Positions 13,738 through 26,054 of a stretch of DNA of 64,000 bases are shown here, one piece after another. The DNA lies in NCBI GenBank assembly GCA_951406725.2, contig OX597832.1, forward strand, positions 62,806,001 to 62,870,000. Reading direction: 5' to 3'. A program made the position numbers and the translations under genes. Each line of letters opens with the position of its first letter. The stretch's first letter is position 1. The stretch comes from Octopus vulgaris (lineage: Eukaryota). The notes under the pieces were generated by a model that was given only the letters and a program-made list of their open reading frames with translations, made no database searches and had not been told where the DNA came from.

Positions 13738-13815
13738 TGTGTGTGAGCGTCCAATAACACTATACTTGTTCCACGTCCTCGCGTTTTCTCTTTGTTCGTG
13801 TTTGGATTAACTATG

Positions 13816-13846
<31 letters not shown>

Positions 13847-13851
13847 CTGTA

Positions 13852-13962
<111 letters not shown>

Positions 13963-14403
13963 GTATATATGTATTTAACTGTATATATGCCTATATATGT
14001 ATAAGTGTGTGAATGTGAGTTTAGTTTTGTGTGTGTGTGTGTAAACGGAGATCATGAAACCCAAGAATTTAAGCAAAGAAAAGTATCAAGAACGGAAAAG
14101 TAAAGTTAGTGTATGTAAGCAAATATATTAGTTGCGGTTAAGAGACTTGTTATTTACATGACAGTATGTTTATGATTGCCTTTACTTTAAATTAGATAGG
14201 AAATGTTTATCTGCAATACGGAGACAGCTATCTCAACACCTTCGTCGATTGCCTCATAGGATTTCACTCACAAACTTCACCAGTGTAAATAAGCCACACG
14301 AACTAATGTCTAACTTAGTAAATATATATTATCTTTTATAACTGTGCGTGCTTGTGCCTTTCTGTCTGCCAGCTTACGATCACACTCAGAAAGATACAGG
14401 TGC

Positions 14404-14458
<55 letters not shown>

Positions 14459-14537
14459 TGGTAATGGTATGACAACAATTATGTAAATAGAGGAATTTAT
14501 CTGTAATATAATATGTGACAATTATTTGTTTGCCAGA

Positions 14538-14596
14538 ATAAGACTCTGAGTTTCGGATGTCGGGACGGAAATCTGCTCCGCCATCTTGTCAGTTAT
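14538..14596 (-). ncRNA. Type I hammerhead, G8A (probably inactive) inverted copy
   Basis: auaa-CUGACAA-gaug..cauc-c-GAAAC-ucaga-GUC/uuau. Confidence 0.65.
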
Positions 14597-14623
14597 CAAG
14601 GCAAACATTTTTTGATTGCCTTG

Positions 14624-14682
14624 ATAACTGACGAGATGCAGCAGAATATTTCCTCCCCGACATCCGAAACTCGGAGTCTTAT
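14624..14682 (+). ncRNA. Type I hammerhead ribozyme, canonical core
   Basis: auaa-CUGACGA-gaug..cauc-c-GAAAC-ucgga-GUC/uuau; predicted cleavage after 14678. Confidence 0.85.
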
Positions 14683-14705
14683 TATGGCAACCGAATAATT
14701 GTCAC

Positions 14706-14773
<68 letters not shown>

Positions 14774-14989
14774 TGTATGTATGTATGTATATAGATAGTT
14801 AGATAGATAAATAGATAGATAGAAGTAAATGTCGAACAACGAAAGTAACTTCTCATCACCGCGCTGGTGGATAAGATTACTTTATTTGTGTATTATGTTT
14901 ACCATTGGTTTCATGTAAAGGAATATATTTTCATATCTTAACAATTTATCAAACCGATCACATGGAGGAATGGTGTTCGTTTCCATTTT

Positions 14990-15039
<50 letters not shown>

Positions 15040-15968
15040 CATATTTATATATATGTATGTTTTTATTTGTGGAATTTGTTTAGGGGTTGAAAAAGTACTA
15101 TGGTGTCATAACGAATTGTATTACAAATACCGGTTTTAAAAATAAACAAAACATTTTTTGAAACCGGTATAGTAACGAAGTAGATTTATCTTTTATCTTT
15201 GACTTGCCTCAGTCATTAGACTGCAGCCATGCTAGAGCACTATTTAAAGTGTTTAGTCGAACAAATCGACTTCGGTACTTAGTTTTTATCCCTGGTACTT
15301 AATCTATCAGTCGCTTTTGCTGAACCTCTAAACTATGAACGGACAGTGATGAAAACAAACCAACACCAGCTCTAACCTCCTTTGTTGTTTATCTTATTTT
15401 ACCGAGCCAAAAAGAGAAAAAGCAAAGTTGACATCAGTCAGATTTGAACTCAGATTCCAGAAAGCTTTTAAATCACCGCCAAGCGTTTTGTCCTACATCC
15501 TAACGTCTCTCCCTATTTGCTGCTTTATAGTATAGGTTAAAGCATGCTTAAAATGAACATATTAATAGGCGGAAGGAGGAAAATAAAAATGAAGACCGTA
15601 GAAAGGGTTGTCACTTGTTATTTTTGAGAGTATCGTCGCCGTCTTCAGCTCATCCTCGTTTCTGAGTATTTCTTTCTTCGTTTGTCCTTTATTTCTGTCG
15701 GCCCCTCCGATTGCTGGCAAGGCCGATTTCTTCGCTGAACAGGTGTCCCCAGAAGTTACATCTGTTGGTCTGCAAAGGCCTTGGCAGGGTTTGGCAGGTC
15801 TTTTGTCGTAGCTGTTTATTTTCTTCATTTCTTCGACCATGCTTTCCAAAATGTTCTATGCCCATCGTAATGATTTGACCCCATGTTGCTCCTACGATTT
15901 AGGGTCGGTGTGCGTGCTAATCGTCGTCCGTTTCAGTTGATCATTGTAGCGTTGCATAAGGCAACCAT

Positions 15969-16055
15969 TTATTCACTTGCCGGTTCTGCGTTCTCCGTAG
16001 AGGACTTGATGTTACAGTCTGGTGCTGGAGAAACAATTAGATCAGCTAACGACAG
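15969..16055 (-). CDS. Candidate terminal coding exon (LSLADLIVSPAPDCNIKSSTENAEPASE*) of an unidentified gene
   Basis: Acceptor ttccatttccaacag; only phase 0 is open; followed by ~400 bp of unique, less AT-rich sequence (possible 3'UTR). Confidence 0.25.
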   Translation of the reverse strand: MSLADLIVSPAPDCNIKSSTENAEPASE

Positions 16056-16299
16056 CTGTTGGAAATGGAAGATATGTTAATATTAAAATACTTAATTCAC
16101 GGAGCATTTAAAATGGTTAACAATAAATACAAATGCTGTAAAGAAATTAGAAGAATTTTAGTCACGTTAATGTTCATAATAATATCCTTTGTTTCAACGA
16201 ATAAGGGAAACAACTGCGACAGGTTTAGACTTATACTAACCTCATCAACAAAACAAACCTTTCCTTGATTTTGCCGACATATGTCTTAATCTACTCTTA

Positions 16300-17040
16300 C
16301 TTACATGCGATAGGTGCCTCCCATATCCTGCCATTTTCTTCGTTCACTATTCCTGAGAAGATTGCGCACCTACTTTCTCCACAGAGTTCTATCAGAGGCA
16401 ACTGTCATGACCCTTTGCTGTTAGATACCTAAGTGTGACCATTTGAGATAGGATATTAACTAAGCATCTCGCCTATTCTATCCTTAAGTCTCCGGCCGGT
16501 TGTTTCGCCTTGAGGAATCCATCTTGTAATTCTTTCCCACAACATTCTCATTCCATGTCCGTTGTACCGGAACTATGACCTTTCAGTGCAGTGAGGTAGC
16601 GGCTCGATTTGGGGAGACTTACTCTTTTACTTCTTTCAGTCATTTGACTGCGGCCATGCTGGAGCACCGCCTTTAGTCGAGCAAATCGACCCCAGGACTT
16701 ATTCTTTGTAAGCCTAGTACTTATTCAATCGGTCGCTTTTGCTGAACCACTAAGTTACGGGGACGTAAACGCTCCAGCATCGGTTGTCAAGCGATGGGAC
16801 AAACACAGACACATAAACATATACACACACACACATACATATACATATATACGACGGGATTCTTTTCAGTTTCCGTCTACCAAATCCACTGACAAAGCTT
16901 TGGTCGGTCCGAGGCTATAGTAGAAGACACTTGCCCAAGGTGTTTATAATTACTGTGTCTAGTAAACAATACTCCACGAAGCCTTCGCAGAGACTCCATT
17001 TCGGCCGCCCATATTCGCGTTCGTACTCTTTCGGTCATTA
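16300..17040 (-). mobile_element. Degenerate RTE-clade LINE fragment (RT C-terminal region) interrupted by SINE B
   Basis: Minus-strand peptides MTERVRTRIWAAEMESLRRLRGV and FRYNGHGMRM..IPQGETTGRR match RTE-type motifs (AAEM.FLRR, LRW.GH..RM, GRP). Confidence 0.7.
16622..16942 (-). mobile_element. SINE family B, 5'-truncated, nested in RTE
   Basis: High similarity to 7108-7450. Confidence 0.9.
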
Positions 17041-18541
17041 ACTTATCAAAATAAGTGAGTTGCTAACGATAAAATTTTATGAGACTAAAAATCAGAGGTC
17101 AGTTTCAACATTGGCGTAGGAAGGAAACATGTTTAGAAATTAACAGCTTTTATTGTTTTTATCGTCTTTTTTGACAGTTCAATGTTCGAGAAAATAAATA
17201 GTCGAAATATAATGAAGTCGTCTCAATAGGTTATAGATATATAAATAGCGAATATCAAAGACACTGATTTAGAATAACATAAAAGAATAAAACGATAGAT
17301 ATTTATTTTGTAAATAAAGCTTATATATGGAGGAGAGATATAGAAGCTTTGGGTGTGTATAGAGCAGTGATTCTCAATCTGTTTTTTTCTTGTGGACTTT
17401 TTTGATTTGTTTTTTACTTCACAAGATTCTATAGCTATTCCATGTTTTACAAAAATCCTATTGCATTTTTTATATATTTAAATATTATAGGAAATTGTTT
17501 TTAAAAATGTTAATATATTTTGTGAATTGTAGAATTATCGCCGATTTATTGCAGGTGAATTTTTATCAACAAAATCTGTGGACCCTCAAGGAACATATGA
17601 ACCTCACAAGAGTCATATATATACCCCTAAGGGCCATAGGGATTCCGGTTAAGAACAACTTGTGTAGAAGAATTGTGAAGGGTAACTCACTGTTATGTTA
17701 CTTGGTTTATCAAGCGCGAGCTAACCCCGTAACCGTCAATCGCAAGCGAGCGTGAGTTGATAACTTGTACAACAGTTTCGCTATTTGTATTAGAAATAAC
17801 CGTATTTCCGAATAGACATAGATGTCTACCCAGCCGTTCCACTCTTCAGGTAGTGGAACATAGAGGATGTGAGAGTTGGGGTGAGAGAGACAGGGGTATA
17901 CCATCACTGAAGTGGTACTCATTTTCAATTGAGTGAAGTAGAACAATGTGAATTGATATGATTCGCTTAAGGACAAAGATACAATGCACCGCCTGGTCCC
18001 TGAATCGAAATAAATTCCTTAAGGTCGTGAACTAAACACGCTAACCACGAAGCTACGCTCCTCCCAACCAAGGAAGACAAAAGGAAACGTAGATTTGTGA
18101 GGAGATCGATTTATGAAGAAACAGCATTGAAACGGAATATTATAATACAGTTAGGTTTAGTTTTGTTTTTAAATTTTTACCACGGTTTCAGTTCTCTACT
18201 TTCCCCAATCAACAACCATCAAACATTTATAATTTGTAGAAATTTGATGGCGGATAATTAGCAAAACTATTGACATAAATTTCTCGTTTCTCTGCCAAAT
18301 CTTTCGCTCTTTACACTCTAATTATCATTCAGAGATGCATAACAATAAATTTTTTTGTTAGACATTAATAAGCCAGAAGAAAAGAACTTTAATAGGGTCT
18401 TTGCCATTTCATTTTCTCAAATTAACTTCCGCAAATCTTCCAGGCACTGCCCCAGCGTGGCCACGTTCCCACGACTGAAACAAGTAAAATATAAAAGTTA
18501 ATCTTTTTCGGTTATTTTAACTGAATTATTCTGATTCCCAG

Positions 18542-18634
18542 GTGGTAATTCATCGGTCACTTATCACTTGCAGGACTGGTCATTCTACCAATGTAAAACA
18601 TAACGAGTTTGTTATTGCTGACGATGAAGACAAG
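18542..18634 (+). other. Candidate 93-nt internal exon
   Basis: ttctgattcccag acceptor, AAG/gtaagc donor, open frame VVIHRSLITCRTGHSTNVKHNEFVIADDEDK. Confidence 0.2.
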
Positions 18635-19001
18635 GTAAGCGCTGATGGAGTTGGTGTATGACCGAGGGTATTCCGGCTTTCTCTATTACGTGTACGGAGA
18701 AGGCGGAGAGCTGACGGAATCGTTAGCACGCCAGGCAAAATGCTTAGAGGCTTTTCGTCCGTCTTTACTATCTGAGTTCAAACGCTGCCGAGGTCGACTC
18801 ATTTCTTTCGTTGTTCGCAAAAAGAGTTTGTATTCCATGTTTTCGTATTTCGTATTTCATGTTGTTTACGTTTTATGATGTCCCGTTCCCATATATGCAT
18901 ATGTATATACATATATATGTGAGATGTACATATATGTATGTATATATGCATATATATTTATATTATATAATTGAACGCCACGCATCCGTTTCCAAGTTTA
19001 A

Positions 19002-19034
<33 letters not shown>

Positions 19035-19037
<3 letters not shown>

Positions 19038-19610
19038 TTAATTAAAATCTTAGGGTAGCAAGAATATTTATTGAAAAAATTCTTAGCTACCAGTGGTATC
19101 TCTTATGTGTTTGAATGTACACTGTATTCTTCTCTGAATAATATATAGTCTATTGACTAAATTTTTTCCTTCTCAAATTTTTTCAGTAAATATTCTTGCT
19201 ACCCTAAGATTTTAATTAATGATGAAATATTTTTGGCTAATTTTGGAAAAAACCGGCAATTTATTTATTTACTGCTGGTAAGTTCCGCATTTGCGCGGTG
19301 GATTCGAAAAATTAGAGCGTATAGACACGTGGCGGGTTATTTATCGCTCCGTATCTATATGTTCAGTCCTGGCAACCTACTGAAGAAGCAGCGCCAAATA
19401 TAGATTGAAATTATTTTGTTTCAATCTGTATTTAAGTCTGCAGAAACCATGCATGGTCTAGGATAATAAGGTAAAGGGTTTTTTTCAATCACTTTCGGAA
19501 TTACAACAATTAGTGGCTTGAAGTTTAACTGCTCTTCCTAGTGAGTCAGATATCCTATTTTTGGGGGATATCTCTTATGTGTTTGAATGTACACAGTATT
19601 CTTCTCTGAA
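19035..19610 (+). mobile_element. Non-coding retrozyme-like/PLE mini-element: 5' inverted segment, ~472-nt unit, terminal direct repeat
   Basis: 19035-19080 is inverted relative to 19157-19223; direct repeat 19097-19137 = 19569-19610; HHR inside; (TA)n on both sides. Confidence 0.8.
19376..19462 (+). ncRNA. Type I hammerhead ribozyme with long stem II
   Basis: ccua-CUGAAGA-a-gcag..aaauauagauugaaa(uuauuuug)uuucaaucuguauuu..cugc-a-GAAACCA-UGCA-UG-GUC/uagg; predicted cleavage after 19458. Confidence 0.8.
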
Positions 19611-19667
19611 GTATATATATATATATATATATATATCTATACAATATGTTACATTACTCGGTAGTCA

Positions 19668-19730
19668 AGATAAAACTCTGAGTTTCAGATGCCGAAGTGG
19701 AAATCCACAACACCATCTCTTCGGTTATCT
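19668..19730 (-). ncRNA. Hammerhead (U4C core), left arm
   Basis: Reverse complement of 20615-20677. Confidence 0.75.
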
Positions 19731-20165
19731 GGCTATTTGAAAACGTTATGAAAAAATACCGTTAAAAATGAAGGGAAATTACTCTGTTATAACTCTGCTT
19801 TGTCTGCGTACTTATACATCGCTCGCATTTTTCGTCATAAAAATTATATAAAAATACATAAAAAATATATAAAAATATATAAAATCTTCTTGGGACATAA
19901 CACAGAAAGCATGTTCTATCCGTTTTCTTTAGGGGACCAAAAACGTAACAGAAATTTAGTCACATGTGGGCGTGATCCGAAAAGCTCTGTCCTTGTATTT
20001 AGACATGTGGTAGGGTCTAAGCTGCTTTTCCAGATAAGCCATCTCTCCATGTCGCATAAACCGCACCTTCCGCTGCCGTTAGTGTAGGGCTTACATCTGG
20101 CCAAAATCTTCCATTGTATGTTATAATCGACACCTTTATCTTTTAAGACCAAATATGATTGGATA

Positions 20166-20429
20166 AAAGCGACACAATTATCCAATCATATTTGGTCTTT
20201 AAGAGATAAAGGTGTCGATTATAACATACAATGGAAGATTTTGGCCAGATGTAAGCCCTACACTAACGGCAGCGGAAGGTGCGGTTTATGCGACATGGAG
20301 AGATGGCTTATCTGGAAAAGCAGCTTAGACCCTACCACATGTCTAAATACAAGGACAGAGCTTTTCGGATCATGCCCACATGTGACTAAATTTCTGTTAC
20401 GTTTTTGGTCCCCTAAAGAAAACGGATAG
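20166..20429 (+). pseudogene. Penelope GIY-YIG endonuclease C-terminal fragment
   Basis: KATQLSNHIWSLRDKGVDYNIQWKILARCKPYTNGSGRCGLCDMERWLI..CLNTRTELFGSCPH fits the PLE motif T.LS.HIW.LK..W.IL..C.LC..E..LN.R.E..C.H; mirror copy at 19916-20165 on minus. Confidence 0.88.
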
Positions 20430-20614
20430 AACATGCTTTCTGTGTTATGTCCCAAGAAGATTTTATATATTTTTATATATTTTTTATGTATTTTTATATA
20501 ATTTTTATGACGAAAAATGCGAGCGATGTATAAGTACGCAGGCAAAGCAGAGTTATAACAGAGTAATTTCCCTTCATTTTTAACGGTATTTTTTCATAAC
20601 GTTTTCAAATAGCC

Positions 20615-20677
20615 AGATAACCGAAGAGATGGTGTTGTGGATTTCCACTTCGGCATCTGAAACTCAGAGTTTTATCT
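20615..20677 (+). ncRNA. Type I hammerhead (U4C core CCGAAGA) in the Penelope 3' pLTR
   Basis: agauaa-CCGAAGA-gaug..cauc-u-GAAAC-ucaga-GUU/uuaucu. Confidence 0.75.
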
Positions 20678-20773
20678 TGACTACCGAGTAATGTAACATA
20701 TTGTATAGATAAATTTCCTCTATTTACATAATATTGAGGTCTCTTTCTTTCTTTTGTTATCTTACCGTTTTAT

Positions 20774-20838
<65 letters not shown>

Positions 20839-21135
20839 GGTGATTTTTGTAGCCACCGCGCTTGACAATTGGTGTTGATGTATTTGCGTCCCCAAAAGAG
20901 GCCGATAGGATAAGCAGCAGGCTTAAAAAATAAGTACTGCGCTCGATTCATTCGGATAAAATTGCTCAGTCATTAGAATACTCCCATGTTAGGGGCACAG
21001 TTCTAAAAGTGTGACCCACAGCATACGAGAATCAAGAGTCTCTCAGTAGATCAACCTCCTAAATACTGCAGCAACATCTAACGAAAAAACCCCATAGCCC
21101 TCACACGCAAGCGATTATGAATTGGCAGCAAGTAC

Positions 21136-21292
21136 CATGCTTTTAATAACTGTTTCAGCGGCCTGAGTAATTACGAGTTGACACAGACGCGTTCTTGGGT
21201 TTTCCTTCCTTGATTCCTGAAATCTCGAGAGCAAAATGGTGGCGGTGCTCCTTTTCATTTGTGTAGATTGGAGTAACGCTACATGAAGTGAC
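21136..21292 (-). CDS. Candidate internal coding exon of an unidentified gene
   Basis: ttttgcacttaagcag acceptor, weak ATG/gtactt donor, open frame SLHVALLQ..AAETVIKSM ending in phase 0, compatible with 15969-16055. Confidence 0.2.
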
Positions 21293-21510
21293 CTGCTTAA
21301 GTGCAAAACAATTCGACCCCACAGCTACACAACCGCGTGTTCAGTTCCCTGACTCCTAGGTGATACATTTTCATACTAATAAGGTCAAAGCTGAGTGTCC
21401 TAAATGGAACAGAATGGGATTCCATTTACCAAATATCTGAATGATCAAGGCTAACAGGGGGCGGACATCAAAAATGATTACAACTACTGCCACTACAGAT
21501 ACTACGATTT

Positions 21511-21564
<54 letters not shown>

Positions 21565-22247
21565 TTACTACTAGTACAAATACTAATAATAATACTAATA
21601 CTACTGCTACTACTACAACTACCACTACCACTACTACTAGCCCCTTCACTACCACGACGGCCATGTCTACCGCCATCACTACCACTACTACTACTACTAC
21701 TTCACTACTACTACTGCTACTGATGCTGATGCTGATGCTACTACTGTAAGACCATTCAGGCCGAAGTGCTATTCTTTGTATTTATGTGCGTGTGCCCTGT
21801 CGTGCGTGTGTGTATGCAAATGCACGTGTATGCATCTGTACGTGTGTGTATGTGTGTGTATGTTTGTGTGTATGCGTTTGAGTGTGATTGCGCACGCGCG
21901 TGCTAGGCCACCACCTTACAGCTCATAAAACAATATGGTGTTATCTGGGAAGGTCAGTACAGCAAGATGGAAGCTCTTTCAGGTGAATGGAGTCACTGAA
22001 CCGAGACTGATTTTCCGGTTCATTTATTTCAGTTCCCAACTCTTAACACATCTGGGAAAAGAAAAAAAAGGAAGGGGCACAAAAGTAACAAAATTCTATT
22101 TCCTTCCCCCCTCCGTCCCCTTGACTCACAAAAATATATCAGAACACGAAGAAATGAGGGAACATCTACTGGGTCGATTGATTTGCTGGTGGTTAGGGTT
22201 TTGCGTACACGGTCGTAAGATTGTGATTTCAATTCCTGGACTAAGTA

Positions 22248-22309
22248 GCTATAATGAAATTCGTTTATAGCTGTCCTCAAGGGCGAGCCCCCTGAGAGAG
22301 AGAGAGGAG

Positions 22310-22340
<31 letters not shown>

Positions 22341-22730
22341 TGCGTGGTTGTTCTAGCGCTTCTTCCTCGCTATCCTCCGAGGCAACACCTTTTTCTATTT
22401 TTTATGCTGGTGCCATGAGAAATGTCGTTCAATGATTTTTATCAAAGAGTTCAAGCAATAATTGAATGCTGAGCGGATTGGAAGAACAGCAAGATAAATG
22501 TGTTGAGTTCTAGAACCGAGTATTTAATCCATAGTCCGCCAATCCACTCATCATTTAATTATTAATTGAACCCTTTGAAAAAAACCATTGAATGACCTTT
22601 CTCATGGCACAAGCAGACAAAATGGAAAAGGCATTGCCCCGGAGGATAGCGAGGAAGATACGCTACAACAGCCACTCTCATTCATAGGGATCACACTTGC
22701 AGACAACTATAAACGATTTCCAGCAACAGC
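22248..22730. mobile_element. Palindromic MITE (~230-bp diverged arms) inserted in a tRNA-SINE
   Basis: ttcctcgctatcctccg/cggaggatagcgaggaa, tgccatgagaaa/tttctcatggca, cgtttatag/ctataaacg; TA on both sides. Confidence 0.8.
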
Positions 22731-23784
22731 TAATTAATTAATTTTGAGACCGACCGGCATGCCGTTCAGTGGGGATGGGCTGTTGTAATCTCAGTCGCTT
22801 ATATGCATGGAAATCGAGTGAAACCGCCTGCCTTATGACTTCTACGGCTCACGAAAGACATACCGTATATCGAATTTTTCAAACTAAAATTGATAACCAA
22901 AATGATAAGTCGACTTATATAGAAAGACGGTTTTGGAGAATCAAAAAATTCTATGGGAAATGCAACAGGATTCGCAAAGACAGTGACAATGTTTGAATGT
23001 TTTCACTACGTGTTTACTTTATATCCTATCTTGACTTGAATGCCAGAAAATACGTTGTCTGAGAAAGTAAAATACATTGGAAAAATTATGACGTGATGGT
23101 TACGGATTGTAGAACTTTGAACATAGGTCATAGCACTACTCAAACGTAGTTGACCTGTTACTCAAGAATATAGAAACGTTTGACCATTCATAGAATGTAA
23201 CAATAACGAAAAAAAGAATGAAGAGGAAGGGAAAATAATATGATAAGGCTGAGTGTCATTTTGGTAAAATCAGATTTGTGGAACGGAATGTGATGCTGGA
23301 ATAGGAATTGTGTGTGTGTGTGTTTTGTTTGTGTGGATGTGTGTGTGGATGTGTGTGTGTGGATGTGCATCTGTGTGTGTTTGTGTGTGTGTGTGTGAGT
23401 GTGTGTGGATGTGTGTGTGTGTAGATGTGTAGATGTGTGTGGGTGTTGTGTATGTGTCTGCGTGTGTAAGTGTGTGGGTGTTGTGTATGTGTCTGTGTGT
23501 GCGAGTGTGTGTGTGCGTTTGTGTGTCTGTGTGTGTGTTTGTGTGCGTGTGAGTCTGTGTGCGTGTGAGTCTGTGTGGATGTGTGTCTGTATGTCTGTGT
23601 TGTGTATGTGTGTTGTGTGTGTGTGTTGTGTGTGTTGTGAGTGTGGATGTGTTTATGGATGTATGTGTGTATTTACTTTACCACTTGTAATTTCTTTTTC
23701 TCTTTATATACAAACCCTTGAACGTCTATTAATCAGACACGGTGTGTGTGTGTGTGTGTGCGTGCGATTAAGATACAGGACTTA

Positions 23785-24105
23785 AGGCGCGTGGCTTAGT
23801 GGTTAGGGTGTTCGACTCATGATCGCAAGGTCGTGAGTTCGATTCACAAGTTGATGTTGTGTCCTTAAGCAAGACATTTTATTTCACCTTCTTCCAGATC
23901 ACCCAGCTGGTAAAAGTACCTCTGTTTCAAAGGTTCTCAGCTTTGACACATTCTATGTTACGCTGAATATTCCTGGGAATTACATTGAAGGTAAGCGTGT
24001 CTTTGGAATACTCAGCCGCTTGCGGATTGATTTCACGAGCAGACTGTCATGTTGATTGGATTAACTGAAACACAGTCATCGTTGTAAGCGACGGAGTGGC
24101 GGGTT
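23785..24105 (+). mobile_element. tRNA-derived SINE family C
   Basis: GGCGCGTGGCTTAGTGGTTAGGG A box, GAGTTCGATTC B box, gttgtgtccttaagcaagac domain; relatives at ~17880-18062(-), 29455-29690(+), 31690-31885(-), 35640-35860(+). Confidence 0.8.
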
Positions 24106-24260
24106 TTTTATAAGATATAGTATTATACGTATGTATGTATGCATGTATGTATAAGTGTGTGTGTTCGTGTGTGTGTGTGTGTGTGTGTATAAATATATAT
24201 AAACTCATTCATAGGTATGTATATGAATAATGTATACATATGTGTTTAATGCATATGCAT

Positions 24261-24298
<38 letters not shown>

Positions 24299-24544
24299 AT
24301 ATACTGTATATCCTTCCGTACATATGTATACATATATTTATATGATATATATGTATATAAATAGATAAATACTTATATAAGCATGTATAGGAATATGCGT
24401 ATGTGTATATATATATATATATACTTATGTACATATGAATATTATTTGAATATATATATATATGTGTGTGTGCCTGTGTGCGTGTGCGCTTGAGTCTGCG
24501 TGCGAGTTGTTTGTCGTGTGTGTAAACATATCTATGTACTTCTG

Positions 24545-24602
<58 letters not shown>

Positions 24603-25111
24603 GGTATGTAGGTATGTATAAATACGTATACATATGTGTAGACATGGTATATGCTTGCGCATGTGTGCGCGTGTGCATGCAACTGACTTTGTGAGTGTAT
24701 GTGTGTGTGCATACAGTTAAGGTGTATGGGGAGTTAGGGATCGAACGGTTAAATGTCTGCTATAGAAAATCAATGAATTCATTCATTTATCGATATATAT
24801 GGTAATGCGTTGATACGTGAGTGTGCATATATATATGAAATAGTGGCTGATTAGGCTCTCTTAATATATTGGTGGAGCGTGCTGGCTCTGATATTGGCTG
24901 CCGCTTGCAAGAAACGAAAGTAAATTCTCTTTGGTGAAAGGTAAGATAAAAAGCCATTGGACTGAGCGAAAAGTGTGTGTGTGTGTGTGTGTGTGACTTT
25001 ATAGACAGCAGACACATATACACACATAAACACGCATATGTATACATAGGCACACACATATATGCATACATATACACATTTACACACATAAATGTATATG
25101 AAATAAGACAC

Positions 25112-25151
<40 letters not shown>

Positions 25152-25208
25152 CATTCATACATACATACATACTTACATACACACATACATACATACATAT
25201 ATATACAA

Positions 25209-25250
<42 letters not shown>

Positions 25251-25421
25251 GTATATTTGCATACATGTACGTATACTATATATAGTAATACATGTATAAT
25301 ATAATGTATTATATATAAATGAATATATATTCATATATATAGAGGTACATATCTGCATATACACAAACATATATAAATATATATATTTATATATACAAAT
25401 ATGTATATATATGTATATGCA

Positions 25422-25488
<67 letters not shown>

Positions 25489-25676
25489 AGAGAGAGAGAG
25501 AGAGAGAGTAAGAGATTGTGCTGTTACACGATATTGTTCATACACACATACATATATATATCAGTGTGTATGGATACCTACATATACATGTTATGCGTAT
25601 GTGAATGTCTTTAGACATATATATACATGCATGCACATACACACATATATGTACGAATATCGATAGACAGATAGAT

Positions 25677-25733
<57 letters not shown>

Positions 25734-25808
25734 TGCCAACGTGAGTTAATGCCTTACGCTCGCTATTATTATTGTTATGGTTGTTGTGTTAGTTATTAAA
25801 ATAATATA

Positions 25809-26022
25809 TGGCGGTGAGCTTGCAAAATGGTTAGAACGCCGGGCGAAATGCTTAGCGCTATATGTCGCTACGTTCTGAGTTCAAATTCTGTCGAGATCGA
25901 CTTTGTCGTTCATCCCTTCGGGGTTGATAAATTAAGTACTGTCAATTAGGGGGCGGGGCGATGTGATTGATTGTCCCGCTCCCTGCTAAAATCCAAGCCT
26001 TGTGCCTATAGTAGAAAGGGTT
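25809..26022 (+). mobile_element. SINE family A
   Basis: ggcggtgagcttgcaaaa head, gagttcaaattc B box, ccttgtgcctatagtagaaagg tail. Confidence 0.85.
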
Positions 26023-26054
26023 ATTAAAACAAAATACGTATGCTATTGCTATAA

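Larger units (their letters stand above)
14455..14710. mobile_element. Palindromic PLE pLTR remnant in (TA)n with two inverted hammerheads
   Basis: Inverted arms ~14510-14604 and 14616-14710; shares gataaattcctctatttacataa and HHR layout with the 20-kb Penelope. Confidence 0.85.
19634..20775 (+). mobile_element. 5'-truncated Penelope-like element with 5' inversion forming a 1.08-kb palindrome (19634-20711)
   Basis: Arms of ~530 bp nearly identical, 11-nt loop near 20167-20177; GIY-YIG C-terminus plus HHR in each arm; (TA)n flanks. Confidence 0.92.

Noticed and set aside
15562-15849. 95-aa minus-strand ORF as a gene
   Set aside because: No recognisable motif; lies just downstream of a candidate stop, so more likely UTR or chance
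19800-20545. Twin 95-aa ORFs M(S/P)AYLYIARIF..
   Set aside because: Antisense readings of the Penelope arms
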